Shown: piece by piece, positions 30,676-41,912 of the stretch
Position numbering within the stretch: position 1 is the stretch's first letter
Layout of the letters: each line of letters opens with the position of its first letter
Position numbers and translations under genes: made by a program
Notes under the pieces: model-generated
Databases searched by the model: none
The model's input: only the letters and a program-made list of their open reading frames with translations
What the model was told of the DNA's origin: nothing
Source of the DNA: Rhodospirillales bacterium
GTDB lineage: Bacteria; Pseudomonadota; Alphaproteobacteria; Bin95
Length of the DNA: 64,000 nt
Assembly (NCBI GenBank): GCA_038143065.1
Contig: JAYQLI010000035.1
Span: 2,432,894 to 2,496,893 of the forward strand
Direction: 5' to 3'

Positions 30676-31437
30676 TTATTTATTTCTAGCGGCAAAGAAT
30701 GCATTGATGAACTCTTGTGGTTCTCCATTGGCGAAGGCAGCTTGTTGACCAAGTACGCCCGACCGAAAAGCCTCGTCAAAGCCTTTGAGAGCCACTTCTC
30801 GAAATCTTTGCTTGGTTTTCAGCCACGCCGTTGGCATCTTGTTTGAAAGATGAAGTGCAACTTCTGTAGCGGTTTCAATCACCTTTTCAGGCGCTACAAC
30901 CCGATTTAGGATGCCAAAGCGTTGAGCCTCTTCAGCATCCATCATCCTGCCAGTCATAGATAATTCTTGATTCAGCGACCAGGGTAGGTGGAGGCTCATC
31001 CAATAGGATCCCATTACACTCGGGATCCCTGCATTAATCTCTGGCTGCCCAAGTTTTACTCCATGGTGAGCAACGCGAAAATCTGAAACGAGTGCAATTT
31101 GAAAGCCGCCGCCAGTCGCAACACCATTTAACGCAGTGATGACAGGTTTATTCGTGAGCAGGATTTGTTTGTACACATTGCAGATCAGCCCAAACCAGAC
31201 CTCAATGTCTTCTACCTTAATTAGTTTTGCTTCCTCTAGGTCAACGCCTGCGCAAAATGCTCTGTCCCCGGCCCCCGTCAGCACTATGCCTTTTACTTCT
31301 GGGTCTGAGTCTAATTCGATCAGTGCTTCGGTGGTGATCTTGGCTAGACCACGGCTGATAGCGTTTAAGGAATTTGGGCGGTTTAAACGGAGAATTGCTA
31401 CTTCACCGTTTCTTTGGGTTTCTACAGGGCTCTGCAA
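30676..31437 (-). CDS. Enoyl-CoA hydratase/isomerase (crotonase) family
   Basis: LNRPNSLNA, AFCAGVDL, ALNGVATGGG, GQPEINAG; start probably TTG 31437. Confidence 0.88.
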   Translation of the reverse strand: MQSPVETQRNGEVAILRLNRPNSLNAISRGLAKITTEALIELDSDPEVKGIVLTGAGDRAFCAGVDLEEAKLIKVEDIEVWFGLICNVYKQILLTNKPVITALNGVATGGGFQIALVSDFRVAHHGVKLGQPEINAGIPSVMGSYWMSLHLPWSLNQELSMTGRMMDAEEAQRFGILNRVVAPEKVIETATEVALHLSNKMPTAWLKTKQRFREVALKGFDEAFRSGVLGQQAAFANGEPQEFINAFFAARNK

Positions 31438-31444
31438 TGTTAAT

Positions 31445-31997
31445 TTACTCGGGGAACGGCAGAGGTTCACCGTCCGGTAAAGGTACGGCAGCTACATTTA
31501 AAGTAAGGCCAACGAGCGTGTAGTAACCGCAAGCACCAACAATTTCGACAAGTCCCTCTTCGCCAAACATTTCAACTGCCTGGCTAAAGCTTTTGTCAGA
31601 AATACGCTTTGTATTTAGTAATTCAGTAGCAAATGCGTACGCCATGGCTTCATCTTCGGCAGCATTTTCAGGTTTTTTTCCCTGTGCGAATAGCTTCCAA
31701 AGTCTCGGTAGAAACCCCTGCTTCTAAAGCTATTCTTGCGTGAGCAAACCACTCATACTGGGCTCGAATACTCGCTGCAGTTGTGCAAATGACTATCTCG
31801 CGTACTCGGTCGTTAAGGCAGGAGCGAAATCTTATGTGTGCGCCAAGATCTTGAGCGATTGCAGCAAACTCAGGACTACGAATCCATGCTCCAAAGGGCC
31901 CCCGTACACCGCCACGAGGCCCATTTTTCACCATCTCTATAACTTCTTTCTGTCTTGGTGACAGCTCTGCATCAGATGGCAGGGGTAGACGGGTCAT
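31445..31997 (-). CDS. Carboxymuconolactone decarboxylase/AhpD-like protein, frameshifted
   Basis: GPRGGVRGPFGAWIRSP, REIVIC, YEWFAH...ALEAG; C-terminal GYYTLVGLTLN. Indel in the T-run near 31673-31679. Confidence 0.8.
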
Positions 31998-32117
31998 TTT
32001 AAAAGTTCTCCGTTAAAGTAAGGGCAAAGTCATTTGTTAGTTTTGCTTAAAAATCGATTTCATTCTACGGCTTTATGCTTCTGCTGATTTAAACTTTTTT
32101 TATTGGCTTTGCGCTAA

Positions 32118-32867
32118 TTAATGAGGGCCGTGGACAGGGAACATAAGGAGTTCGCCAATAGCTACATGTGGAGGTTGCTCCAGAGCGAAGATAATTGTTC
32201 TTGCTACATCATCTGCCTCAAGCACTGCTGGGAAACGCTCATAAAATAATGCTGCCTGTTTTGAATCATCATGATATCTCGCTTGGGCAAACCCAGTTCG
32301 AACTACCCCAGGGGATACTTCGATAACCCTTATGCCACACCCTTCATAATCAGCACGAAGTGCGCGCGTCAGTCCGTTAATGGCGAACTTGCTGGAGACG
32401 TAGGCGGCATCATTTGAAATAGCGAAGTGTCCGGAAGTGGAGCCAACGTTAACAATATCACCGCCTCCATGTTCCAGAAAATGTGCAGCAAAGGTTCTGG
32501 CAACTCTGATCATACCTATAACATTGACCTCTATAATGCGTGCCAGCTCATCTGGCTCACATTCATCCAGGCGCTCGCGTCCACCTGTGTCATGTCCGGC
32601 GTTATTTATAACTGCAGTGATATCCTGCCATGCTTCTGGCAGTGTGGCAGGAATATTTGCAACAGCAGCGCCATCCGTTACATCCATTGGCCAGGGTAAG
32701 AAGTTATTTCCAAGCGTATCTGCCATTGATTCTAACGTTTTAGAACTGCGAGCAGCACCTACGACCTTTGCTCCGCGGGCGACCAACATTTTCGAAACCG
32801 AAGCGCCGATACCACTTGAGGCACCAGTTACAAAAATAATTTTCTCTTTTAATTCTGTTCTAATCAT
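32118..32867 (-). CDS. SDR oxidoreductase (YdfG-like)
   Basis: TGASSGIG, INNAG, YVSSK, SPGVVRTGF, ALEQPPHV. Confidence 0.88.
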   Translation of the reverse strand: MIRTELKEKIIFVTGASSGIGASVSKMLVARGAKVVGAARSSKTLESMADTLGNNFLPWPMDVTDGAAVANIPATLPEAWQDITAVINNAGHDTGGRERLDECEPDELARIIEVNVIGMIRVARTFAAHFLEHGGGDIVNVGSTSGHFAISNDAAYVSSKFAINGLTRALRADYEGCGIRVIEVSPGVVRTGFAQARYHDDSKQAALFYERFPAVLEADDVARTIIFALEQPPHVAIGELLMFPVHGPH

Positions 32868-33631
32868 TAGATGAATACCGAGTATCCGCCATCAACTGGA
32901 ATCGATGCCCCGGTGACAAAATCTGAAGCTCGGCTTGCTAGGAATACTGCCGTGCCCGCATGGTCATCTGGAACACCCCAGCGTCCTGTTGGAGATCGGC
33001 TAAGCACCCTTTCATGCAGACCGGGCACTTGTTGTCTCGCTTGCTGAGTTAGTTCTGTATCGATCCACCCTGGGAGGACAGCGTTACATTGAATATTGTC
33101 CTTAGCCCAAGCGCAGGCGATGGATTTTGTGAGTTGAACAATTCCTCCCTTAGAAGATGCATATGGTGACGAGAAGGCAGCTCCAAATAACGACATCATT
33201 GAGCCTATGTTGATGATTTTTCCACCGCCGACCTTTAGCATCTCTGGGTATGCGGCTTGTGAAGTCACGAAAGCACTAGTCAGATTGGTCTCCATAACCA
33301 ATCGAAATTCTTCTAGGCTAATATCTTGAGGCTGCTTGCGTACCGCCGTACCAGCATTGTTAACCAGAATGTTCAAAGAATTGAACCGTTTGACGGTTTC
33401 CTGGACCATGCGGCGACAGGCTTCCGGATCAGTTATATCTACTTCTATGCTGTCTGCCTCAGCACCAAGACTTTGGATTTGTTCCACTGCCTCAGCATTT
33501 TTTTTTGTGTTTCTGCCAGCAACCATCACTCGTGCGCCTGCTTCTGCCATTGCCTTGCCAAAAGCCAGACCAATGCCACCATTGCCGCCCGTAATGAGAG
33601 CTACGCTGCCTGAAAGATCAAATAGGCGCAT
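32867..33631 (-). CDS. SDR oxidoreductase (KduD/gluconate 5-dehydrogenase-like)
   Basis: FDLSGSVALITGGNGGIG, VNNAG, YASSKGG, PGWIDT, VDGG; TAATG overlap with the next gene. Confidence 0.88.
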   Translation of the reverse strand: MRLFDLSGSVALITGGNGGIGLAFGKAMAEAGARVMVAGRNTKKNAEAVEQIQSLGAEADSIEVDITDPEACRRMVQETVKRFNSLNILVNNAGTAVRKQPQDISLEEFRLVMETNLTSAFVTSQAAYPEMLKVGGGKIINIGSMMSLFGAAFSSPYASSKGGIVQLTKSIACAWAKDNIQCNAVLPGWIDTELTQQARQQVPGLHERVLSRSPTGRWGVPDDHAGTAVFLASRASDFVTGASIPVDGGYSVFI

Positions 33632-33674
33632 ATGTATTCCCCACTAATGTAATTCTTTGAGTGCGGATTATACA

Positions 33675-34917
33675 CTAATTCGCTGCTGGAGGATTAGGTG
33701 CAGGTAAAAACAACGCGACAATTAACGCTACAGCAAGTGGTCCTAATGCTAGAATTTGAAGCATGCTGTCATAATTACCCCAATTGTCTATTGCCCAAGC
33801 AAGTGGCAAAGGGCCAATGCTTGCACCAACAATTAGGATCATCTGTCCTGTGCCCTGGATTTCTCCAAGATGCCGCCGACCAAAATATCGTGGCCATAGG
33901 TATCCAACATAGGTCATAGTGATGGCGTTATTGATCCCAAAGATTACTCCAAAAATGACGGCTGTGGCTGTATTGGAGGTCAGACTTACAGATAGCAGCG
34001 AAGCCGACTGAATAATTAACCCAAGAAAGAACATCCATTTTGTGGGAACCGTATCGAGTAGTCGGCCGATAACAGGCATCATTAATGCAGCTGTTACCCC
34101 TGTAACCGTGAACATTGCTGCTGCCACATCTTTTCGAAGACCCTGGGATTTCAGGATAGCTGTAAATTCCACATGAAGGGCGGTCATGAGTAAAGACATA
34201 CAAAACATGCCTGCTACAAGAATGTAAAAAGCAGGCATTTTAAGTGCCTCTGCTTTGGTAAATCCTCCAAGTTTTGGGCCGGATGTTTGGGCAGGTGCAT
34301 TGCTATCGCCATCAGGCTGAAGTCCAACATCTTCGGGACGGTTGTGTAAAAAAGGAGGGCAGGGGGCAAAAGAGTCAAAGTTGTGATTATCCCCAAAGCT
34401 ATCCACGCATCTCGCCAGCCAAGTTCTGCAATTAGCCATTGGGTGAGAGGGGGTGAATAGCGATAGATATAGGAAAGCCCAGAGCCATTATCCCGAGCGC
34501 AAAGCCTCTTTTTCTATCAAACCATTGGGATGTTATGTATGCACAGTTCATCATAAGGGAGCCTTGGCCAAGAAAGCGCAATGCTCCAAAGGCAAAAGCC
34601 AAATAAAGCCCTCCTGTTGCTAAACCTGTTGCCACAGCGGCAAGCCCAACTCCAGGTATTATAAACCAGATCATCTGAGCAGGGCCAAACTTGTCGATTA
34701 GCTTCCCCATGCGAGGTAATAGAAGAGCAGCTATTAATGTAGCCGACCCGTAAGCGGTCGAAATTTGCGTGCGACTAAGACCAAGCTCTGCCTGCATGGG
34801 ATCAAAGAAAAGCCCGATGAGATGAGATTGACCTGGGCCAGTCCCAAACATTGCTAGTGCTGCCACAGCTAGTATTGGCCAGCCGTAGAACATTCGGTCT
34901 GAGACCGCTCGAAACAC
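33675..34917 (-). CDS. MFS transporter, frameshifted
   Basis: GPGQSHLIGLFF, GKLIDKFG, RFLGQG, WFDRKRG, YFGRRHLG across ORFs 34432..34917 and 33675..34439. Confidence 0.82.
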
Positions 34918-34952
34918 AATACTGCGTAGGGAAGTAAAAATAGTGGATACCT

Positions 34953-35849
34953 TTAAGCTGGGCGAATTATTGTGCCGTCGCCGCGTTCAGTAAAGATTTC
35001 AAGAAGAATAGCGTGAGGCACTCTTCCGTCTAAAATGACTGATGCCTCTACTCCTTCTTGAACTGCGTCGAGGCAAGTTTCAATTTTTGGGATCATGCCA
35101 CCTTTAATAATGCCATCTTTAATCATAGAGCGTGCAAGGTCAGCAGAGATATCTTCCAGTCGATTGCCATTCGCATCTAGGACCCCCGCAACATCGGTGA
35201 GCATCAAAAGGCGTTTAGCTTTGACTGCTGCTGCGACTGCCCCGGCAGCGGTATCTGCATTAATGTTGTAGGTTGCACCTTCATCATCGAACCCTATTGG
35301 GGCAATCACAGGAACAACACCAGTTTTTGCAAGTTGGATTAGTACTTCACCATTTACTCGCTCCGGATCACCCACGTAACCTAGGTCAATTACCTTCTCG
35401 ACATTGCTATCAGTTTCTTTAGCAACATGACTAAGCTTTTTTGCGCGGATTAGGTCAGCATCTTTTCCGGACATCCCTATCGCACGGCCTCCGGCACGAT
35501 TTATAGCGGCAACAATACCCTTATTGATTGCGCCAGCTAACACCATTTCTACAACTTCAACCGTAGGCTTATCGGTCACCCGCAAGCCATCAATAAATTC
35601 ACTCTCTATAGCTAGACGCTTGAGCATAGCTCCAATTTGAGGGCCGCCTCCGTGCACAACGATTGGGAATGCACCTATTTGTTTCAGCAATACAATATCG
35701 CGCGCGAAGCCATCTGCCAGTGCCTGCTCGCCCATGGCATGGCCACCGTACTTGATTACTATTATTTCACCAGCGTATCGTCGCATAAATGGTAATGCCT
35801 CGGATAAGACATCGACGCGTAGATTTCGATCCTGATTTTCTTTTGACAT
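34953..35849 (-). CDS. argB: Acetylglutamate kinase
   Basis: VIKYGGHAM, VHGGGPQI, GLRVTD, NINAD, GGMIPK; start at ATG 35849. Confidence 0.96.
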   Translation of the reverse strand: MSKENQDRNLRVDVLSEALPFMRRYAGEIIVIKYGGHAMGEQALADGFARDIVLLKQIGAFPIVVHGGGPQIGAMLKRLAIESEFIDGLRVTDKPTVEVVEMVLAGAINKGIVAAINRAGGRAIGMSGKDADLIRAKKLSHVAKETDSNVEKVIDLGYVGDPERVNGEVLIQLAKTGVVPVIAPIGFDDEGATYNINADTAAGAVAAAVKAKRLLMLTDVAGVLDANGNRLEDISADLARSMIKDGIIKGGMIPKIETCLDAVQEGVEASVILDGRVPHAILLEIFTERGDGTIIRPA

Positions 35850-35857
35850 TGTTCTTC

Positions 35858-36511
35858 CTATTCTACGAACGCCGATAGGTGCGCTCGTAACTCTGGCAGG
35901 CCATCGCCTTTTTCGGAACTCGTAAATACAACCCATGGATGCGCTGCGCGATATTTAGAGGCAGCAGAGATGGTCGCCTTATGAGTAGCCTCGGCCGCCT
36001 CGGCTTTCACTTTATCGCGCTTTGTTAGTACTACTTGGAAAGATAGTGCTGCTTCATCCAAAAGTTTCATCATCTCATGGTCACTGGGTTTTAAGCCATG
36101 TCTTCCATCAACGAGGAGACAAAGCCTGGATAATTTGGAACGCCCTCTCAAAAAATCTCGGGTGAGATCGGTCCAGTCTTTGATTTTACTTTTAGATGCT
36201 CGTGCATATCCATAGCCTGGCAGATCAACAATCCGCAGTCGATTTGCAAGATCAAAGAAGATCAAGCTTTGGGTGCGACCCGGTGTATTCGACGCACGAG
36301 CAAGGCCTTTTCGACCTAAGAGAGCGTTGATAAGGCTCGATTTTCCAACATTTGATCTGCCAGCAAAAGCTATCTCAGGAAGATCTGCAGGCGGAAGGTT
36401 ATCAAGAGCTTTAGCCTCCCATAAGAATGTTGCTTCTCCCTGGAAGAGCTTTCTGCCTAGTTCCTTTGTCTCTGATGTTATGCCGAACATTATATCGGCA
36501 GGGGAGTCCAT
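35858..36511 (-). CDS. engB: Ribosome-biogenesis GTPase YihA/YsxC
   Basis: AFAGRSNVGKSS, PGRT, DLPGYG, TKRDK. Confidence 0.95.
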   Translation of the reverse strand: MDSPADIMFGITSETKELGRKLFQGEATFLWEAKALDNLPPADLPEIAFAGRSNVGKSSLINALLGRKGLARASNTPGRTQSLIFFDLANRLRIVDLPGYGYARASKSKIKDWTDLTRDFLRGRSKLSRLCLLVDGRHGLKPSDHEMMKLLDEAALSFQVVLTKRDKVKAEAAEATHKATISAASKYRAAHPWVVFTSSEKGDGLPELRAHLSAFVE

Positions 36512-36523
36512 CTTTCACGCCCT

Positions 36524-38324
36524 TCAGTCGCTGCTGCTTTTCTTGGCTGCTTCTGCCTTCGCATGGGCGCGTCGGCCTATTGGAACGCCCTGACGCTTCA
36601 TAATGAGTGCTTGCTGTGCGATGGAGAGCAGGTTGTTCCACGTCCAGTAGATTACTAGCCCAGCTGCAAAGCTGGCGAGCAGGAATGTGAAAATAATAGG
36701 CATAAATGCGAAAATTTTTGCCTGAACCGGATCGGTGGGCTGTGGATTGAGACGTTGCTGGAAGAACATAGTCAAACCCATAGCAAGCGCCCACGCACCA
36801 ATATTAAAGCCCCCTGGGATAAACACTGACGGATCATAGGGCAGAAGGCCAAATAGATTAAATACACTTGTTGGGTCTGGAGCCGATAGATCTTGGATCC
36901 AGCCAAAGAAAGGAGCATGCCTCATTTCAATTGTAACAATAAGCACCTTATAAAGGGCAAAGAATACTGGGATTTGAATCAGAATTGGTAGGCAGCCAGA
37001 AGCCGGATTGACCTTCTTTTCCTTGTACAAAGCCATCATTTCCTGATTGAGTTTTGTACGGTCTTCACCGAAGCGCTCACGCAGTTTGACCATCTCTGGT
37101 TGCAGCGCTTTCATCTGGCTCATCGATTTGTATGACTTATTCGCCAAGGGGAAGAATGCTAATTTAATCAACACGGTTAGGGCCATGATAGCTAGGCCAA
37201 AATTGCCTAGAATGCTGTATAGCCAATCAATGGCATAGAAGAATGGTTTGGTAAGGAAATAAAACCAGCCAAAATCGATCGCGAGATCAAAATTCTGAAC
37301 ACCAAGTTTAGCTTCGATATTATCAAGAAGACGCACCTCTTTTGCGCCTCCAAAAAAGCGGTGGGTAAAGGCGGCAGATCCACCTGGAGCCACACTCACA
37401 GCAGACTCGGCTACGTAATCAGTCTGGAAACGGTCCAGCCCGCCCTGACTATGGTGCATAAACCTCGCATTAATTGGAGTATTCTGATCTGGGATCACAG
37501 CTGCTAGCCAATAAACGTCTGTAATTCCAATCCATCCGCCGGTCGACTTTTCTTCAACCATGCCCTTGGCGCCATCATCCATTAGGTCGCTGTAGTCGAC
37601 TTCTTTTAAAGATCCATCTAGGACGCCCAAAGACCTTCATGAAGAACAAATAATTGAGTTACTTTCGGTTTTCCTGTTCGCGAAACAAGTGCATAAGGAG
37701 TCAGCGAGACGGGAGAGTTTCCTTGGTTCTGAACTGAATCCTCGATGGTGAACATATAGCCATCATCGAGACTGATTTTACGCTCAAAATTTAGTCCTGT
37801 GGTTCCTTTCCAGGTCAAAGTAACCGGATTTCCAGGTCGTAGCGGTCCGCCGCTTGCTTGCCACAAGCTTTCTGCTGAGGGGGTAACGCCTCCTCCACCG
37901 CCTATCCAACCAAATTCAGCGAAATACGATTTTGGGCTTCCGCTTGGGCTCAGCAGGGTGACTGGGGGCTGTTGTTATCTAGCGTTTCTTTATAGGTGGA
38001 CAGGGTAAGATCATCGATGCGGGCACCTTTTAAAGAGATTGATCCGTGTAGGCGGTTGCTATCTATCTCGAGCCTTGGGGTAGATTGTACTGCTTGTTCG
38101 CGGGATACGGAATTAATTAAGTCCTGACTGATTACTGCAGGCGCTTGACCACTGGGAGTACTTGCAGAGGGCAATGCCACATCTGATGGAGATTTAGCAG
38201 GAGTATCTGATGCAGATGTTTCTGTTGTCTGCACAGTTGGCGTTTTTGGTGGTGGAAAAAGTACGTTCCAGCCAAGCAAAATACCGATAGACAACGCCAT
38301 CGCTAACAACAGGTTGCGGTCCAT
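36524..38324 (-). CDS. yidC: Membrane protein insertase YidC, two frameshifts
   Basis: MDRNLLLAMALS, GSISLKGARIDDL, IDFGWFYFLTKP, GNFGLAI, NPASGCLP, YWTWNN across three ORF pieces. Confidence 0.95.
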
Positions 38325-38369
38325 CCCTATGTGATCCCAATCGTCAAAAAGTTAAAAGAAGAAAGCTTA

Positions 38370-38612
38370 TTAAAAAATAGATGTTTTAGAGGCGGGGACT
38401 GGGTCGTACCCGCTGCTGCCACCTGGTCGGCAGCGCACTAAACGCCGCAAAGCAAGAAGGCAACCTTTAAAGGCCCCGTGGGTATCTATAGCTTCCATCG
38501 CGTATGTGGAGCAAGTTGGGTGAAAGCGGCAGGACATCGGCGTAAACGGAGAGATCCCATATTTGTACAGGATAACTGGGATTTTAGCGATACAGATCAA
38601 CATTCGTTTCAT
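38370..38612 (-). CDS. yidD: Membrane protein insertion efficiency factor
   Basis: CRFHPTCSTYA...RC(R)P...GYDPVP. Confidence 0.93.
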   Translation of the reverse strand: MKRMLICIAKIPVILYKYGISPFTPMSCRFHPTCSTYAMEAIDTHGAFKGCLLALRRLVRCRPGGSSGYDPVPASKTSIF

Positions 38613-38983
38613 GATGTATTGTCCTCCAGCCGTTTCCCAACCTCTTTGAATGCCCTGCGCAGGTCATTTTTAATTCTATCAAAAGGTACGTTAACGGTCG
38701 CTGTCCGGCCAACCAACACATAGTCGCAACCCGGAATTGCTAAATCGGCCGCCAGTTCAGCAGCTGCGGCTTTCAGCCTTCGTCGTGCCCGGTTACGAGC
38801 AACGGCATTGCCTACTTTTTTTGAGCAGGTGAAGCCAATACGAACGGTTTGGTCTGGTGTTTCGCTAGGGCGCTGCTTTATGCCTTGCAACCCCACTATT
38901 GGACCTCCGGATTTTCTGCCACGGGCAGCCGCAAGAAATTCTCGACGGCGTTTTAGGCGGCCAATAGTAATCGTCCGCCTCAT
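38609..38983 (-). CDS. rnpA: Ribonuclease P protein component
   Basis: RLKRRREF, RIGFTCSKKVGNAVARNRARRRL. Confidence 0.93.
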   Translation of the reverse strand: MRRTITIGRLKRRREFLAAARGRKSGGPIVGLQGIKQRPSETPDQTVRIGFTCSKKVGNAVARNRARRRLKAAAAELAADLAIPGCDYVLVGRTATVNVPFDRIKNDLRRAFKEVGKRLEDNTS

Positions 38984-38988
38984 TGCAT

Positions 38989-39123
38989 TTATGCAGAGAG
39001 ACGCTTGCGACCCTTCGCTCTTCGAGTGGCTAGAACGCGGCGTCCGCCAACTGTAGCCATGCGCGAGCGAAAGCCGTGGCGGCGCTTGCGAACGAGCACG
39101 CTGGGCTGGTAAGTGCGCTTCAT
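38989..39123 (-). CDS. rpmH: 50S ribosomal protein L34 (missing from the ORF track)
   Basis: Manual translation [44 protein letters not shown]; GGAG RBS upstream. Confidence 0.97.
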   Translation of the reverse strand: MKRTYQPSVLVRKRRHGFRSRMATVGGRRVLATRRAKGRKRLSA

Positions 39124-39213
39124 GGGATCAAACTCCATTATTCTTGGCCGGCTGTATGCTCGAGGACCGGACGAATTTTCCTATTAAATAATAGCTTCGA
39201 ATGTGAAGCGAGG

Positions 39214-39243
39214 CTTATAATCGATAGCTGGGGCAGGGGTCAA
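39214..39243 (-). promoter_or_regulatory. Putative sigma70 promoter of the rpmH operon
   Basis: Minus strand TTGACC, 18-nt spacer, TATAAG. Confidence 0.45.
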
Positions 39244-39304
39244 CGTTGTATATAGCACCCAATGCCGCGGTAAAATGTATTTTCTTGTGTAAACGTAAGT
39301 TTTT

Positions 39305-40084
39305 TTGGTGAAGGTTATAAAGATTGTGAAAAATCACCGGAAAACATCAGAAGCAAATTCCTCTAGTGGCCAATATCTTCCAGCGCAAAGACCGAATTGG
39401 AAAAGACTTCTGCCAATTGCGGCTTTAATTATGGGTTTTCTGGCCTTTCTGTTCTTTGGCGCTTTGGAGTATTTGAGTCTCAGTGTTTTGGATGAAAAAG
39501 CTGCTGAGCTTCGCGAATTTGTAGAGATCAATTTCGGGCTTGCTGTTGCAATTTATTTTATTGGCTATGTGCTATCAACTGCGTTTTTCCTTCCTATAGG
39601 AACAATACTTACGCTTTCTGGAGGGCTGTTTTTTGGAACCCTTCATGGAGGGATGCTTGCTGTTTTTGGAGCAACGATTGGCTCTTCAATCTTATTTATT
39701 GCAGCAAGGTATGCTTTTTCAGGATTCTTCAATAGTCGATTAGGTCGGTATGCTCCTCCCTTTCGTCAGAAGTTAAATCAAAACGCTTTTTTTTACCTCC
39801 TTGCACTCCGACTTGTTCCAATTTTTCCATTTGTTGTTGTGAATGTCGTGCCGGCATTGGTTGGTATACCGATAAGAACCTATGTAATTGCTACCTTTAT
39901 TGGAATAATCCCAGGGACGTTTATCTATGCCGGTATTGGGGCTGGTCTTGCATCTATCTTTTCTGCGGACGGTAAGCCCAACTTGAATGTTTTAGTCCAA
40001 TGGGAATTCCTGTTGCCGCTCATACTTCTTGCGTGTTTGTCGCTCGTACCAACTCTTTGGAGACCAAGTCGACAAGAAGATTGA
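39305..40084 (+). CDS. TVP38/TMEM64 (DedA/SNARE-associated) membrane protein
   Basis: LTLSGGLFFG, GATIG, LRLVPIFPF, ATFIGIIPG. Confidence 0.88.
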   Translation: MVKVIKIVKNHRKTSEANSSSGQYLPAQRPNWKRLLPIAALIMGFLAFLFFGALEYLSLSVLDEKAAELREFVEINFGLAVAIYFIGYVLSTAFFLPIGTILTLSGGLFFGTLHGGMLAVFGATIGSSILFIAARYAFSGFFNSRLGRYAPPFRQKLNQNAFFYLLALRLVPIFPFVVVNVVPALVGIPIRTYVIATFIGIIPGTFIYAGIGAGLASIFSADGKPNLNVLVQWEFLLPLILLACLSLVPTLWRPSRQED

Positions 40085-40154
40085 TATGTATTCTTGACCA
40101 ACTGGAATATATGCGGATGGTGTTCAGTGCGTACTATGTGGAGATGGTTTCAAA

Positions 40155-40964
40155 ATGAGTAATGATAGGCCCGAAGGCAAATGGGACCCTGGTCAGTATC
40201 TTCGTTATGGTGGTCACCGTCTTCGGCCTGCGATTGAGCTCTTCCAGCGCATTGATTTAGATGAACCCAGCATCTGTTACGATATTGGTTGTGGTGCGGG
40301 CGAAATTGCAATTGCTATGACACAGCGCTGGCCCTCAGCGAAAGTGATAGGTCTCGACGCTTCTGCAGAAATGTTGGCCAAGAGTCGGTCTGCACCTGGC
40401 GGAAATAATGTTGAGTGGGTTGAAGCCGACATTGTTGGGTGGGCACCGGAAAAACCTGCTGATGTTATTTACTCCAACGCAGCTCTGCATTGGGTAGATG
40501 GTCACGACGCGCTGTTCCCTCATCTTATGCAACAGTTGGCTCCTGGGGGTGTCCTTGCGGTACAAATGCCACTTTCATGGGGTCAGGCATCCCATCGCCT
40601 GCTCAGAGAAGTTCTTGCAAATGGCAATAATGGAGAAGGGTATGGTTCGGATGAACTCCGACAAGGCGTTGGTCGTAAATGGGTAGATGATGGAGACTTC
40701 TATTTTGATCGCCTCCGACCTTATGCAAGCCATATAGACATATGGGAGTGTCATTATCTGCAAGAACTTTCCGGAGATGACCCGGTTCTTGAGTGGGTAA
40801 AAGGATCAGCCCTCCGCCCAGTCCTCACGGCATTAGGTGAGGCCGCAGCGTCTGCCTTCCTAGCTGAATACGGATCAGTTTTGCGCGACGCCTATCCCAA
40901 ACGGAGTGATGGCGCCACATTGTTTCCGTTCGGACGTCTCTTCATGATAGCTCAGCGGAGTTAA
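40155..40964 (+). CDS. tam: Trans-aconitate 2-methyltransferase-like SAM methyltransferase
   Basis: WDPGQYLRY...RLRPA, DIGCGAG, SNAALHW, LAVQMP, WVKGSALRP, FPFGRLF. Confidence 0.85.
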   Translation: MSNDRPEGKWDPGQYLRYGGHRLRPAIELFQRIDLDEPSICYDIGCGAGEIAIAMTQRWPSAKVIGLDASAEMLAKSRSAPGGNNVEWVEADIVGWAPEKPADVIYSNAALHWVDGHDALFPHLMQQLAPGGVLAVQMPLSWGQASHRLLREVLANGNNGEGYGSDELRQGVGRKWVDDGDFYFDRLRPYASHIDIWECHYLQELSGDDPVLEWVKGSALRPVLTALGEAAASAFLAEYGSVLRDAYPKRSDGATLFPFGRLFMIAQRS

Positions 40965-41006
40965 TGAAGTTTCTATCGATAAACGTCGCTCGTGCGCTTA
41001 GAACTC

Positions 41007-41899
41007 TTATCTCGTTTTAGGTATTTGTACGCCAGCCATCTTTTCAAGGGTTGTTGTTAAGGCGGTCAAATCTTGGTCGCGCCCAACTTCTGCCATGCAC
41101 TGCAGGAATAGCGTGCGGATATTTGTGCCTAGCCACATAGGAGTTTCGTAGGCCTCTGCCTCTCTACGCCAAAGCTCAAGGTCTTTTTCAATGATATATA
41201 AGGCGCCACCGTAGTCGAAGGTTCTTGAAAGAACGTGATTTGGAATTTTGGTGTCGGTTGCACTATTTCGGCCTGATGACGCATTAATGACTTCCAACAT
41301 TTGCTCAGGATCTAAGCCCGCCTTTGCCCCTAAAGTCATTGCTTCCAGAGCCACTGATAGGTTTCCGAATGAAATAATATTATTAACCAATTTCATGGTC
41401 TGAGCGGCGCCGGGGTTTTCGTTTAGATAAACCAGTTTTCCCGACAGGACTTCTAAGCTGGATTTTAGAGCCTCAAAGTTTCTTTGTCACCAGAGCACAT
41501 AATGCCGAGTGTCCCTGCTTCTGCACCTGGGGGTCCCCCAGAAATAGGTGCATCGAGGAAAACTTTTCCAGCCGCCTTCATTTTTTCAGCAACTGCGCGC
41601 GAATAGGCGCTACCAGTTGTTCCCATGTTTATGAATGCTTTGGCGCGATTGCCTTTATCAGCACCGTCAACGCCCAGAGCCACACCCTCTGCTGCAGCAA
41701 GGGATGGAAGACAAGCCAGTACGTAGTCTGATTTGTCGGCTGTTTCCCTCGGTGAAGCGGCAACCTCGGCCCCACGTTGTGCTAATACTGCAGTTCTGTT
41801 TTCATCCGTATCGCAAACAACCAAATCATGGCCAGCTTCTATAAGATTGATGGCCATGGGGCGCCCCATTGCTCCAAGGCCAATATATCCAATGCGCAT
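41007..41899 (-). CDS. 3-hydroxyisobutyrate/tartronate-semialdehyde dehydrogenase family oxidoreductase, frameshifted
   Basis: IGLGAMG, DAPISGG, catalytic MKLVNN, KDL. Confidence 0.88.
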
Positions 41900-41912
41900 A
41901 GGTCAGGCTCCT

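Noticed and set aside
36524-38324. yidC, pdxH, maeB and others as true pseudogenes or programmed frameshifts
   Set aside because: Indels are scattered across unrelated and essential genes and cluster in homopolymers; sequencing error is simpler.
39124-39304. Replication origin next to rpmH
   Set aside because: No dnaA gene and no cluster of TTATCCACA-like DnaA boxes seen.
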